From positions 1-58,647 of the forward strand of contig NW_021834186.1 in the NCBI RefSeq assembly GCF_006345805.1: a stretch of 58,647 nucleotides of DNA, read 5' to 3'. Shown one piece after another: positions 1-13,000 of the stretch. Positions within the stretch are counted from its first letter, which is position 1; each line of letters opens with the position of its first letter. The stretch comes from Octopus sinensis. Taxonomy: Eukaryota. Below the pieces are notes generated by a model. It saw only the letters and a program-made list of their open reading frames with translations. It was not told the origin of the DNA and did no database searches. Made by a program: the position numbers and the translations under genes.

Positions 1-124
1 TTATGTATGTGCGTCTGTTTTGTACATGTGTGAATATATGCGTTTATATGTATGGTCGTCTTCTCTTTGAAGTTCATTAAAAAACAATAGGCAAATATAT
101 TAAGGAATCGACCAGTCAATCCCT

Positions 125-131
125 TTGTATG

Positions 132-165
<34 letters not shown>

Positions 166-963
166 TGTATGTATGCATTTATTATGTATGTATGTATGTA
201 TGCATGTGTATGTATGTATGTATGCATGTATGTATGTATGCATGCATGTATGTATGTATATATGTATGTATGTATGCATGTGTATGTATGTATGTATGTA
301 TGTATGTATGTATGTATGTGTGTATGTATGTATGTATGTATGTATGCATGTATGTATGTATGTATGTGTGTATGTATGTATGTATGTATGCATGCATGCA
401 TGTATGTATGTATGTATGTATGTATGTGTGTATGTATTCATGCATGCTTGTATGTATATATGTATGTATGTATGTGTGTGTGTGTATGTAAGTGTGTATG
501 TATGCATGTGTGTATGTATGTGCAAATATATGTATGTGTGTATGTATGCATGTATATATGTGTGTATGTGTGTAATTTTATGCATGTGTGTAAATATGCA
601 TATATGTATACACACGCACATATGTGTGGCTTTAGATATATAAATATATTAAGGAATCGACCAGCCAGTCCATTTCTATGTATGTATGTATGTATGTATG
701 TATGTATGTATGTATGTATGTATGTATGTATGTGTGTATATATGCATGTATATATATATGTGTGTATGTGTGTAAATATGCATATATGTATGCACACACA
801 TATATGTGTGGCTTTATATATATATATATGTATATATATACATACATGCATACATGGGTGTGTGTGCTTGTTTGTGTATGTAATTATATACGTACATACA
901 TTTATACATGCATATATATATACATATATATGAATGTATGTATACATACATACATATATACAT

Positions 964-1001
<38 letters not shown>

Positions 1002-1090
1002 CATATATATATATATATATATACATAGATTATATACATACATGCATATATAATGTGTACATACATGTATACATATATATGAATATATAT

Positions 1091-1124
<34 letters not shown>

Positions 1125-1135
1125 ATATATATGTA
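125..1135. repeat. (TATG)n/(TA)n compound microsatellite
   Basis: Directly visible; explains the MYVC/HTYI/YI ORFs. Confidence 0.97.
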
Positions 1136-1599
1136 TATTTGTGTGTATACACACACATATCTACATGTGTGAATTGTGTTTGTGTGTTTGTATGTATTGA
1201 CGGTCACACACACATAAAACCAAGCTCTAATGAAAAACAGAGAAGCGCGTTCAACAAGCTTGTCCCGCATGCGGTGCATGCATGATGCACGTTTCAGCGA
1301 ATGCTTTGAAAGCGACATCAGTTATGCATTCCTACATGTTGCATTCCATCTGTCATGGCAACAGGAGTTGTGGGATAGAAGAGAAAGAGTGGGTGGAGGT
1401 GCTGCATGGCATTCATTTCTATATATGAATGGTTTTGCATGTTCATTAGTATGTATGTATGTATGTGTGTATGTATGTATGTATGTATGTATATATATAT
1501 ATATATATATCTATCTGTATATATATATGTGTGCGTGTGTGTGTTTGTATGTATATATGTATATAGCTCCTTCTGTATATATATATATATATATAATAT

Positions 1600-1632
<33 letters not shown>

Positions 1633-1896
1633 AAGAGAGAGATCCTTATAAACACACCCATGGAAGATTGATTTTCTAAACATTTACATACATACATGCA
1701 TGCATACAAACATACATACATACATATAGATGCATACATATATTTGAAACCGCTACACAAACGCACACATCCACACACACACACACACATATATATATAT
1801 GTATGCATATATATATATATATATATATACATATACATTGTACACATGCATTTATATATATGTATTTATATATATATACACATACACACACACCAC

Positions 1897-1927
<31 letters not shown>

Positions 1928-2410
1928 TATTATATATATTTATAATATATATATAATATATATATATACGCAGACATTCGCACAATACACATGCACACGT
2001 CCAGCTACACACACGCCCACTCACATGGTAAAATAGATCCATTATCAGCCATAATAATGAAAAGACATTTGTTCGATCAACCGAAGATCTTAGTCATAGA
2101 ACCAGCTTGTGTGTGTGTGTATGTGTGCGGGCGCGCGCGCATAGACGCAGACATGAGCCAGTGGTTAATAATTCTCTTCCAAATCATGTGTTGTCGAGTT
2201 CGATCGTTGGTGTAGAGTTTCATTGGTACAAGTGTCTTTTAGCTGATTACGAGTAACCTTGCATCGACCCGTATGTTGAGTGAAATGAAATAGAATACAA
2301 ATTGCGTGGAATCCCATCGCACGTTTTGGGCAGGATCTGCCAAAAATTGTACCAGCTTTGTAATACATTTAGCTACTCTGGTTCTGCCTTTGAATTAACA
2401 TATCTGCGGA

Positions 2411-2536
2411 ATTAAACCATTTAAACTATAACTCAGCAGCCCTCTCCAAGAATACAGTAATAGCGAATGGAGTGCCTCAGAGAGCTGTCTTGGGGTCACT
2501 ACTGTTTGTGGAAACTCTTTTGGACATGCCATCAGT
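2411..2536 (+). mobile_element. Duplicated 126-bp piece of the CR1-like RT fragment (GVPQ region)
   Basis: Near-identical to 3003-3128 (attaaaccatttaaac...gacatgccatcagt). Confidence 0.9.
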
Positions 2537-2545
2537 ATACATGTG

Positions 2546-2593
<48 letters not shown>

Positions 2594-2642
2594 TGTGTGT
2601 GTGTGTGTGTGTGTTGGGTATGTATATATGTATATAGCTCCC

Positions 2643-2681
<39 letters not shown>

Positions 2682-2962
2682 ATTAAGGGTTTAGCAACGA
2701 TTTGCCTCACCACACACCGAATTTAGAAATAGCAGTCAAAAAGTTTTGGCTATACTTTTTATTTAAAAGGGAGATCCCAGTAAAACCAAAGCACTTAAAA
2801 AGCAAACGACGCAGGCAAAAGAGAAAGAAATGACGAAAATCATTCTATATTAAGTCACCTACGGACGTACGTTTCGGAATTAAGTCATTGCAGAGCATAA
2901 AAATTAAATAATTATGTCTTACCTTACTATATATATATATATATATAGATAGAGAGAGAGAG

Positions 2963-3002
<40 letters not shown>

Positions 3003-3006
<4 letters not shown>

Positions 3007-4002
3007 AACCATTTAAACTATAACTCAGCAGCCCTCTCCAAGAAGACAGCAATAGCGAATGGAGTGCCTCAGGGAACTGTCTTGAGGTCGCTACTGTTTG
3101 TGGAAACTCTTTCGGACATGCCATCAGTTTCACAGACAGTCACACTTACTGGCTATGCCGACGAAACAAAGGTAGTACAAGCAGTCAAGGAAACTTTCGA
3201 TGTTCATCTTTTACCGTGGACCTAGTTGCCATCTATAAATGGGCTGAAGAAAGCAACATAAAATTTAATGCAGGAAAATTCCAAACCTTCCGTTTCAACT
3301 ATCGTCTGCTAACCTAACATGTCACAACGGAGATAGTTTGGACCAAAATGAGCGGCACTACCAGCATCAAATACAGTACGTTGTCTTTGGGACTGATATG
3401 AGCAACAATGCCTTGTTTCACGTGTATATCACCAAAATGGTGGCAATATGCAGGTAAATGGCCAGATATATTCTGAGAACTTTCTGAGCAAGAGACCAGG
3501 AAACTATGCTGGTTCTTTTGAGGAGATTTGTCCTCGGCTGCCTAGACTATTGCTCTCAACTATGGTCACCTCATAGTGTCAAATTAATAACGAAACTTGA
3601 AGCAGTTCAGCGGTGCTACATTTGGTAAATTGCATCAATAGAACAGCTGAGCTATTGGGAGAGACTGAAAGAGTTACGACTTTACTCTCTGGAGCAAAAA
3701 CGAGAGAGATATGCAGTGATATACGTATGGAAGATCTTGAAGGTGCTGGCACCAAATTTTGATATCGAGAGCCTCTGAACTGGACGTCACTAAACTGTTC
3801 CGAGGGTTTCATCCATCGCGACAAGAGAGAGGACCCTGTATTGCAATAACTTGGGATTCAAGGCCCCATTGCTATTTAATCCCTTACCAAAACATCTGCG
3901 GGATGTACATGGAGTAGGGGTAGATGTTTCCAAGAGACCAATTGACCTCCTGTTGTCTATAGTCCCACATGAATCTGCACCACAGCAAGAAACTCAAAAC
4001 AG

Positions 4003-4005
<3 letters not shown>
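3003..4005 (+). mobile_element. Decayed CR1/L2-group LINE ORF2 fragment (RT and C-terminus)
   Basis: Manual translation: NGVPQGTVLRSLLF (GVPQG at 3061), YADE at 3154 in the same frame, IYKWAEESNIKFNAGKFQ, LDYCSQLWSP (3542), LSYWERLKELRLYSLEQKRERYAVIYVWKIL, APLLFNPLPKHLRD; stops and frameshifts present. Confidence 0.9.
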
Positions 4006-4072
<67 letters not shown>

Positions 4073-4075
<3 letters not shown>

Positions 4076-4260
4076 TTATTCTTTTACTTGTTTCAGTTAT
4101 TTGACTGTGGCCATGATGGAGCACCGCATATTTTCGAACAAATCGACACCAAGACTTATTCTTTGTAAGCCTAGTACTTATTCTACCGGTCCCTTTTCGG
4201 GGACGTAAACACACCAACATCGATTGTCAAGCGAAGGTGCGGGTGATAAACACAGATACA
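4073..4260 (-). mobile_element. SINE family A, 3' half
   Basis: Reverse complement of the 3' half of the full copies at 23053 and 40549. Confidence 0.9.
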
Positions 4261-4305
4261 CACACACACACACCACACACATACATACATACATACATAC
4301 ATACA

Positions 4306-4337
<32 letters not shown>

Positions 4338-4340
4338 ATA

Positions 4341-4408
<68 letters not shown>

Positions 4409-4409
<1 letters not shown>

Positions 4410-4697
4410 CATGTGCACATATGTATGTGTGTGTATGAGAGAGAGAGAAGAGAGCGAGAGATGGGCAGAGAGAGAAACCGACAGAGATTTGTTTAACAGA
4501 TTAAGTAGTCAAACATTAACGACCATCTTAGTTTAAATCTCTTTTGTAGTCGACCACAATAACGAGAAAGTCGGCCAGTGGTCAAGTGGATCAATCTGGT
4601 GATCAACGAGTATTTGTTGAGTGTCCTTCGGAAGGAAGCTTATGTTCGGTGACCAGACAGAACGTGCCGCTAGAAACTGGAGATATGTATGTTATAT

Positions 4698-4747
<50 letters not shown>

Positions 4748-4935
4748 GGGAGAGAGAGAGAGTCTGTATGTACACGTATGTATATATATAAAAAGTGTCT
4801 GTGTATACATGTATTTATATATATATATATATATACATATATATAAAGATAGATATGCATATAAATATTTACATTCATATATGCATACATACATGCATAC
4901 AATCATACACACACATACAAATGTGCATTTACGTA

Positions 4936-5001
<66 letters not shown>

Positions 5002-5289
5002 CATGTGCACATATGTATGTGTGTGTATGAGAGAGAGAGAAGAGAGCGAGAGATGGGCAGAGAGAGAAACCGACAGAGATTTGTTTAACAGATTAAGTAG
5101 TCAAACATTAACGACCATCTTAGTTTAAATCTCTTTTGTAGTCGACCACAATAACGAGAAAGTCGGCCAGTGGTCAAGTGGATCAATCTGGTGATCAACG
5201 AGTATTTGTTGAGTGTCCTTCGGAAGGAAGCTTATGTTCGGTGACCAGACAGAACGTGCCGCTAGAAACTGGAGATATGTATGTTATAT

Positions 5290-5325
<36 letters not shown>

Positions 5326-5528
5326 GGGAGGGAGAGAGAGAGGGAGAGAGAGAGAGTCTGTATGTACACGTATGTATATATATAAAAAGTGTCTGTGTAT
5401 ACATGTATTTATATATAGATATATATATACATATATATAAGAGATAGATATGCATATAAATATTTACATTCATATATGCATACATACATGCATACAATCA
5501 TACACACACATACAAATGTGCATTTACG

Positions 5529-5540
<12 letters not shown>
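4409..5540 (+). repeat. Tandem duplication, period ~592 bp
   Basis: 4409-4945 is near-identical to 5001-5540; identical ORFs start at 4586 and 5178. Confidence 0.95.
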
Positions 5541-5568
<28 letters not shown>

Positions 5569-5758
5569 GACATACATATACATACATACATACATACATA
5601 TATACACTACATACACACATATATAATACATATACGATATATACATGCACCGATATATATATGTATGTATGTATGTATGTATCTATCTATCTATCTATCT
5701 ACCTACCTACATACGTACATACTACATACATACATACATACATACATACATACATACA

Positions 5759-5792
<34 letters not shown>

Positions 5793-5881
5793 CCTGTCTG
5801 CCTGTCAGTCTATCAGTATATATGTATGTGCGTGTGTGTATGCATAAATGAACATAGTTAAATATGTATGCATGTATAAAC

Positions 5882-5917
<36 letters not shown>

Positions 5918-5981
5918 GAATATGTTGTATACATGCATACATATATACATACATATATATATATACAGATATATGTATGTG

Positions 5982-6016
<35 letters not shown>

Positions 6017-6438
6017 GTATATATATATATATATACATATATGTATGCCTGTATATGCATATACACACACATAACACAAATAGAATTCCTAGCACTCAAA
6101 TAAAAACAATACCTTGCATGCAAACACTATCGTCTATGCATATGTTAATGGCCTCCATGCTTTCTTAGTCACGCAGCATGGCCACTAGGAGTAAAACTGG
6201 CGCTGTGCGTCGTTTCCGGTTGAGGAACTTAAGTCGCACGGTCAATTCTGTCTGTAATGAAACGGTGCCTATTATTTTTGTGTTACTGGTTACAAAGAAA
6301 ACACTGGCTGATTGATGAATGAATGGTATGTATGGTGACGCATGCACATGCACCTATATATAGATGCGTGAGTGTGTGTGTGTGTTTGTTTGTGTGTATG
6401 TGCGTATCTCTCTCTCTATATATGTATATATTAAATAT

Positions 6439-6562
<124 letters not shown>

Positions 6563-6686
6563 ACTTCACATATATGTGTAAAGACAATTATAAAAGCTCG
6601 AACTTGAACTTGTCCAAACACATTAAATGAGGAAGGGGAGGAGAGTTGAATATGTGTGTGCGTGTATATACATACATACATATGTA

Positions 6687-6737
<51 letters not shown>

Positions 6738-7723
6738 ATATTTATACATATATATATATACATATATATACATATATTATATATATACATATATTTATAT
6801 GATATATATGTATTATATATATATATTAATATATATTAATATAATATATATATATTATATAATATGGAGAGAGAGAGAGAGAGAAGGAGAAGGATGAGTG
6901 AATGCAGAATACAAAAAACAAATATATACATGTATATATATATGTATGTATGTTAATATATATATATATATATATCACATAAAAAACATATACATATTAT
7001 AAACATATATATATATTCAATATAGATATACGCGTACACACATACATACGCACATACACATATACATGAATATACAGATATGCATAATGCATGATACATA
7101 CATACATATATACATACATACATACATACATACATGCATGCATGCATACATACATACATACATACATACATACATACATACATACATACATACATTCATA
7201 CATACATTCATACATACATTCATACATACATACATACATACATTCATACATACATACATACATACATTCATACATACATTCATACATACATACATACATA
7301 CATGCAAGCGTAAAATATTCTAAATTATGTAGTTTCATGCATTGCGTTTTATTAGCTCCTGTTTCTTCACCTAATCCAATACATATATACATACATACAC
7401 ACACTGACACATACTCAAAAACACACAAACACTCCCAAGCACATATACACACGCATGCGAGCCCACACACACGTGTAATTGTTAACGACTTATGATATTC
7501 TCAGTCGCTAGTCTAAGTTTTTCTTGACAGAACCTGTGGTTGAGGCATGAAACTCTGAGTGACGAATTGGCGATTTCTCAATTTTTTCCAAATGAACCAA
7601 GTTTCGTACGATATGTATTGAGTACTGCATTCACTTCTGTGAGACCCAGATTGCTCATATATCTGTATAGCTGTAATTATCTATATGCATGTTTATGTAT
7701 GTATGCATGCATGCATATATATG

Positions 7724-7798
<75 letters not shown>

Positions 7799-7968
7799 CA
7801 TATATATACACACACGAGTAAGCACATATATGCAAAACAAGGTGGAAAAAAGTGCTCGAATACCGAAGGTAGAATAATATACCTTTGTAAAAAATTTTTT
7901 AAATTGTAAAGATACTTTATGGACACCGTGCATACATAAATATATATACGACGGGCTACTTTCTTCTT

Positions 7969-8215
7969 GTGAAGGCCCATGGCTCAGCGGTTAGAGCGTC
8001 GGGGTCGCAGTCATGAGGTAGAGAGTTCGATTTCTGGACTGAGCAGTGTATTGTCTTTTTTTGAGCAAGGCATTTATTTCATGTTGCTCTAGTTCACTCA
8101 GCTGTAGAAATGAGTTGTGACGTCACTGGTGCCAAGCAGTATCAACCTTTGCTTTTCCCTTGGATAACATCAATGGCATGGAGAGGGGAGGCTAATATGC
8201 ATGGACGACCGTTGC
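7969..8215 (+). mobile_element. tRNA-derived SINE family D
   Basis: A-box-like tggctcagcggttagag, B-box-like gagttcgatt, then ttgagcaaggcatttatttcatgttgctctagttcactcagctg shared with 48607 and 49765. Confidence 0.8.
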
Positions 8216-8264
8216 TCTTTCTTATACATATAGATGCATGTATATGTGTGTGTATGTGTGTACA

Positions 8265-8753
8265 TAAGGTGTTGTTATCTGTTTGATAGAATATGAAAGG
8301 TTTAGTCCACTTTGAACTTTTAAGCCCAAATTAAATGATAACAAAGGAGATCTACTGTAAGCAGCTTGAGTAGCTTAAGTCAACGCTAGAAGAAAAACGA
8401 TCATCTTTGGTTTCAAGACCGGCCACATATAGCGAGGATGACATTCCAAAACTGGAGCAGTTTGAATGGGAAACGATATCCCACCCACCATATTCGCTGG
8501 ACATTGCCCCAAAATCATTTGGACGGAAAAAATAAGAATTCTGTAGACGAGGTCAGAACAGTACTGGAGGAGTATTTTTCGTCACGGACGAGTGAATTTA
8601 GGAATAGGGGTCTTGCAGGTCTACCAGACAGATTGAAGGGCATTGTAGAAAATGAAAGAGAATATATTTTAGATTTAGAAAGAGCTTTGTTTATCCTAAT
8701 TTTGGAAAATAAAAGAAGTATAAAAAGACCGCATTATTTATGGGATGACCCTA
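8265..8753 (+). mobile_element. Mariner transposase C-terminal remnant with right TIR
   Basis: KGLVHFELL...IYCKQL; HPPYSLDIAP at 8482 (mariner YSPDLAP motif); GLAGLPDRLKGIVENE; TIR-like ccgcattatttatgggatgacccta at 8729-8753. Confidence 0.9.
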
Positions 8754-9041
8754 TATATTCATACGAAACAAAAGATGTAAAAAAAAAGGAGACGAGGAAG
8801 AAGTAAAAAAGAAGAGGAGGAGGAGGAAGAAGTAGAGGAAGAGGAAGGAAAGATTGAAACCATTGAATTTACACTTTTTACTCTGTGCAAGGATACAAGT
8901 TCAAAGTAGGGAGAGATATTTTAAGAAGGGGAAGTGTTAGCTTTGATATTATGTCCCCTAAAGTGGTGTAGGGATTAGAAGAGAGAGTGAGAGAAATAGA
9001 AAGAGAGAGAAAGAAAGAAAGAGAGAGAGGCAATCAGGGGC

Positions 9042-9046
<5 letters not shown>

Positions 9047-9106
<60 letters not shown>
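9047..9106. repeat. (GATA)n microsatellite
   Basis: Directly visible. Confidence 0.97.
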
Positions 9107-9107
<1 letters not shown>

Positions 9108-10574
9108 ACAGAGACAGAGAGAATTTACTGGCGAAAGAGATCGTATGTGATGATGAGAGAGAGTTGGATAGAGAGGGGCATAGAAAGAGATATTTTAAGA
9201 AAAATATTGAGAGAAAGACTTCAAGCGAGAGGTAATGAGGTAGAAAGATAGAGAGGAAGAAAGACAGTTAACGAAAATGAATAACCGAGATACAGGGAGA
9301 CAAGAGATAATGAGAAAGAGAGAGAAGGGTGTGTGAAAGAGAGGGTGAGAAGTAGGTCATGAGAGAAAGGGATTCAGTGAGAGAGAAGGAGAGCATGGAG
9401 AGAAACAGGGATGGGTGAGTGGGAAAGAAGAGCCTGGTGCACTCTACACATCAATGGCTAATCTCATGCTTTACTATGGTTGCAGCCGTGGAAAATGAAA
9501 ACTTTTACAAAAATACTCATTTAATTAATTAATCCCTGCGGATATAATAATAATAACCCCACTTCGCATCATCACTTCAACCACCTGAAATAATAATGGA
9601 TACAACAGCGACATCAGTTGGGCATTCCACCTGTAAATTTTTTCTCACTCCTCCCACCCACTTCCACGCCCTCTTACTGTTACAAATTATTTTATTCATT
9701 CGGTACTCATTCACTACTACGTCTTGCTCTGTACTGTGCAACTTGATATCATAATTAATCATTTGTAATTATCATCTGTATGTTTTACATTATTAATCTT
9801 TAAAACTCGTCTCGCGTCTATTGTATAACGTCTTTCAACACCCCCACCTTTCTCCATTATCATTTATATAACTCACTTTTTTCCTACCCCCACGCGCGTT
9901 TGTAAGCACCCCCTCTCGAGTTTTAGCGTTTCATATTTTCTATGCACGAATGACGTATGAAATTGCCCTCAGTAGCTAAATAAAGAAAGGATTATAATAT
10001 TTTTTTTTCTTTCTAAAATTTTTATTATGTTTTCAGCAGTTTCGTGCAAATTTCTACTGCACCGTCAAGTGCATCTCAGTGTGTGCAGTGCAGCATTGAG
10101 TCCTTGCATGTGCAGCGTCTGTTTTCCTTTGTTCGTGGTGTCCGATTTGTTTGATCCTGCTGTCATTGTTATTTTAGGATTTCGTGTCTGTAGTATTATA
10201 TAAATAATATGAGCTATATAAATTCTAATTAATTAGATGGTGATTGTATTTCGTTAGTGATATGTGAGGTACGTGCTTTGTGTAACAGTGGCGAGACTAG
10301 TGATTGCAAAGGCTACATATTGTGTGTGTTATAAATACTATTGTACAACACGTTTTTTCTGAATACTGGTTGTATAAACTGGTGTTATGTGAGTCGGTGT
10401 TAAAAATGCTGGCTATCGATCGCACAGGAGTATGTGGTGTATTATATAATTAAGCAGTGATGTATTCAGACCAGTAAATACCCAGAGGTGACCCAGAAGC
10501 AACACTGTTGAAAACATTAGCGTTACTTCGCATAACTTATCTTTACTTCACCATCAAACCGAATGATATTTTAT

Positions 10575-10950
10575 GCGCACGAGTGGCTGTGTGGTAAGTA
10601 GCTTGCTTAGCAATCACATGGTTCCGAGTTCAGCCCCACCCTGCGTGGCACCTTGGGCAAGTATCTTTTGGTATAGCCCCGGGCCGACCAAAGCCTTGTG
10701 AGTGGATATGGTGGACGGAAACTAAAAGAAGCCCGCCGTGTATATATATATATATATATATATATATGTTTGTGTGTCTGTTTGTCCCCTCACCATCGCT
10801 TGACGAGGGATGCTGGTTTGTTTACATACTCGGTTCAGCAAGAGAGACCGATAGAATAAGTACTAGGTTTACAAAGAATAAGTCCTAGAGTCGATTTGTT
10901 CGACTAAAGGTGGTGCTCCAGTGAAATGGCTGAAACAAATAAAAAAAATT
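10575..10950 (+). mobile_element. SINE family A, near full length
   Basis: tRNA-like head gagtggctgtgtggtaag...ggttccgagttcag, caccttgggcaag body, internal TA/TG microsatellite, gaaacaa tail. Confidence 0.92.
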
Positions 10951-11055
10951 TTAATAAATAAAATAAAATAAAATACGTATATATGCTTATTTTGGTTTAC
11001 ATTTCTCCCTTTTCTCTTGACAACATGTTCATAGTTAGCGTTCGGTCAATAGACG

Positions 11056-11845
11056 TATTGCTGGGAGAATTGTTAGCACGCTGGACGAAACGCTTATCGG
11101 TATTTCGCCCGTTTAAGGCGGCGAGCTGGCAGAAACGTTAGCACACCGGGCGAAATGCGTAGCCGTATTTCCTCTGCCGTTACGTTCTGAGTTCAAATTG
11201 CGCCGAGGTCGACTTTGCCTTTCATCCTTTCGGGGTCGATAACTTAAGTACCAGTTACGCACTGGGGTCGATGTAATCGACTTAATCCCTTTGTCTGTCC
11301 TTGTTTGTACCCTCTGTGTTTAGCCCCTTGTGGGTAGTAAAGAAATAGGTATTTCGCCCGTTGCTACGATCTGGGTTCTTTTATCTGCTTTTTTCGGGAT
11401 CGCTAATTTAAGTACCACTTGCGTACTGGGGTCGATCTAATCAACTGCTCCCTCCCCTAAAATTTCAGGCCTTGTGCCTATAGTAGAAAGGATTATTATT
11501 ATTAAGGCAGCGAGCTGGCAGGATCGTTAGCACACCTGATGGAATGCTTACCAGCATTTCGTCCGTCTTTACGTTCTGAGTTCAAATTCCACCGAGTTTG
11601 CATTTTGCCTTTCATTTTTTCGGGCTCGATGAAATAATTATCAGTTGAACTCTGGGGTCGATGTAATCGACACATTCCCTCCCCCCAAATTGCTGCCCTT
11701 GAAGCAAAATTTGAAACCATTATCATTATTATTAAGACGGTGAGATGGCAAAACCGTTAGCATGCCGGGGAAATGCTTAGCGGCATTTTGTTCATTTTCA
11801 CGTTCTGGGATCGACTTTGCCTTTCATCCTTTCGGAATCGATATA
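11056..11845 (+). mobile_element. Cluster of four SINE family B copies, one nested in another
   Basis: Repeated ggcgagctggcagaa...gagttcaaatt...gtcgactttgcctttcatcctttcggggtcgat; young copy 11115-11347 flanked by the 15-bp direct repeat ggtatttcgcccgtt. Confidence 0.92.
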
Positions 11846-11961
11846 CGACCAAAAGGGAAAACTATAATGGTCAGTAAATATGACTAAGATGTTAGGTGAG
11901 TTATAGTTTTCCTTTTTGGTAAAACATTGTACACGGCTGTCTATTTTAAATTATTATATAA

Positions 11962-11995
<34 letters not shown>

Positions 11996-12299
11996 GTGTG
12001 TGTGTGTGTGTATACATACACGCACAAGCACGCGCACACACATATGTATAGTTCTTGGTTTTACGGGGTTACACTATAGCATAGTTATTGTTTTAACTTT
12101 CTTGTTTACTTTACGTTTGTTTTCACTATTCCATCGTTTCTATTTGTTATGCTTCTGTTTATTTCCATTTTCCTTTAATTTTATCTTCATTTTACTTCTT
12201 TGCTAAAGAAGCACCTAATTAGGTTTAGTTTTTTTTTTATTAATTACTAAGTGGATCAAGCGATAAGAAAATGTCTAAAGAATGTGTGCAACAATTCGC

Positions 12300-12832
12300 T
12301 AAAATAAATATTTAACGTCGGTGAAACCGGTCTATTCAAAATGAATATAACAAAGAGAATTTTTACGTTATTAAGTGAAAAAGAAAGAGTTTTTTATGAC
12401 AAAAGTGGAAAAAGATTAGCTGTTTGAACGCATTGAAAAGTCCAATCCCATTACTATAATGTTGTAACATATTAGGTGACTGTGTCATGAAGCGACTATG
12501 AATTAATAGTACTCTTAATTCGTGTGCAGTGAAATAAATGAATGTAAATGTTCTTACAATTTGTACGCAAGCAAATGAGAAACAATGGATGACTGCTGCC
12601 ATATTAGAAAACTAGTTTTATCAAAAGTTTGTCCCCGAGACTGAAGTTTATACAAAAGAATTTTATTGTAATCAAAATGTTGATTACATCACATCCCAAT
12701 GATTTAAAACTCTCTTTAACATTAATGTGCTGGTTTTGCCACCTAGAATTACACACTTTATCCAACCATTTGATGACGACATAATTTGTAGTTTTAAAAC
12801 AAATTATGTAAAACATTATGTATTATATATAT

Positions 12833-12898
<66 letters not shown>

Positions 12899-13000
12899 CT
12901 TGATGATATGACAGATAAACAGATTACTGGAGAATGGAAAAAAATGTAATAGTCTGCATTGTCTGAAAATAATTGCGGAAGCAATTTTTGAATTTAAGAA
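12300..13000 (+). mobile_element. Decayed pogo/Tigger (CENP-B-like DDE_1) transposase remnant
   Basis: IFNVGETGLF (12308; cf. IFNxDETGLF), ANEKQWMTAAI..FYQKFVP (12571), VLPPRITHFIQPFDDDIICSFKTNY (12733; cf. LPPNTTSLIQPMDQGII); interrupted by (TA)n. Confidence 0.85.

Noticed and set aside
93-820. Short duplicated anchors (93-115 and 642-664; ~570-640 and ~750-820) inside the first microsatellite
   Set aside because: Ordinary slippage or unequal-exchange products.
10289-10310. 12-nt match to miR-7 (agactagtgatt)
   Set aside because: The seed region differs and no convincing precursor hairpin forms.
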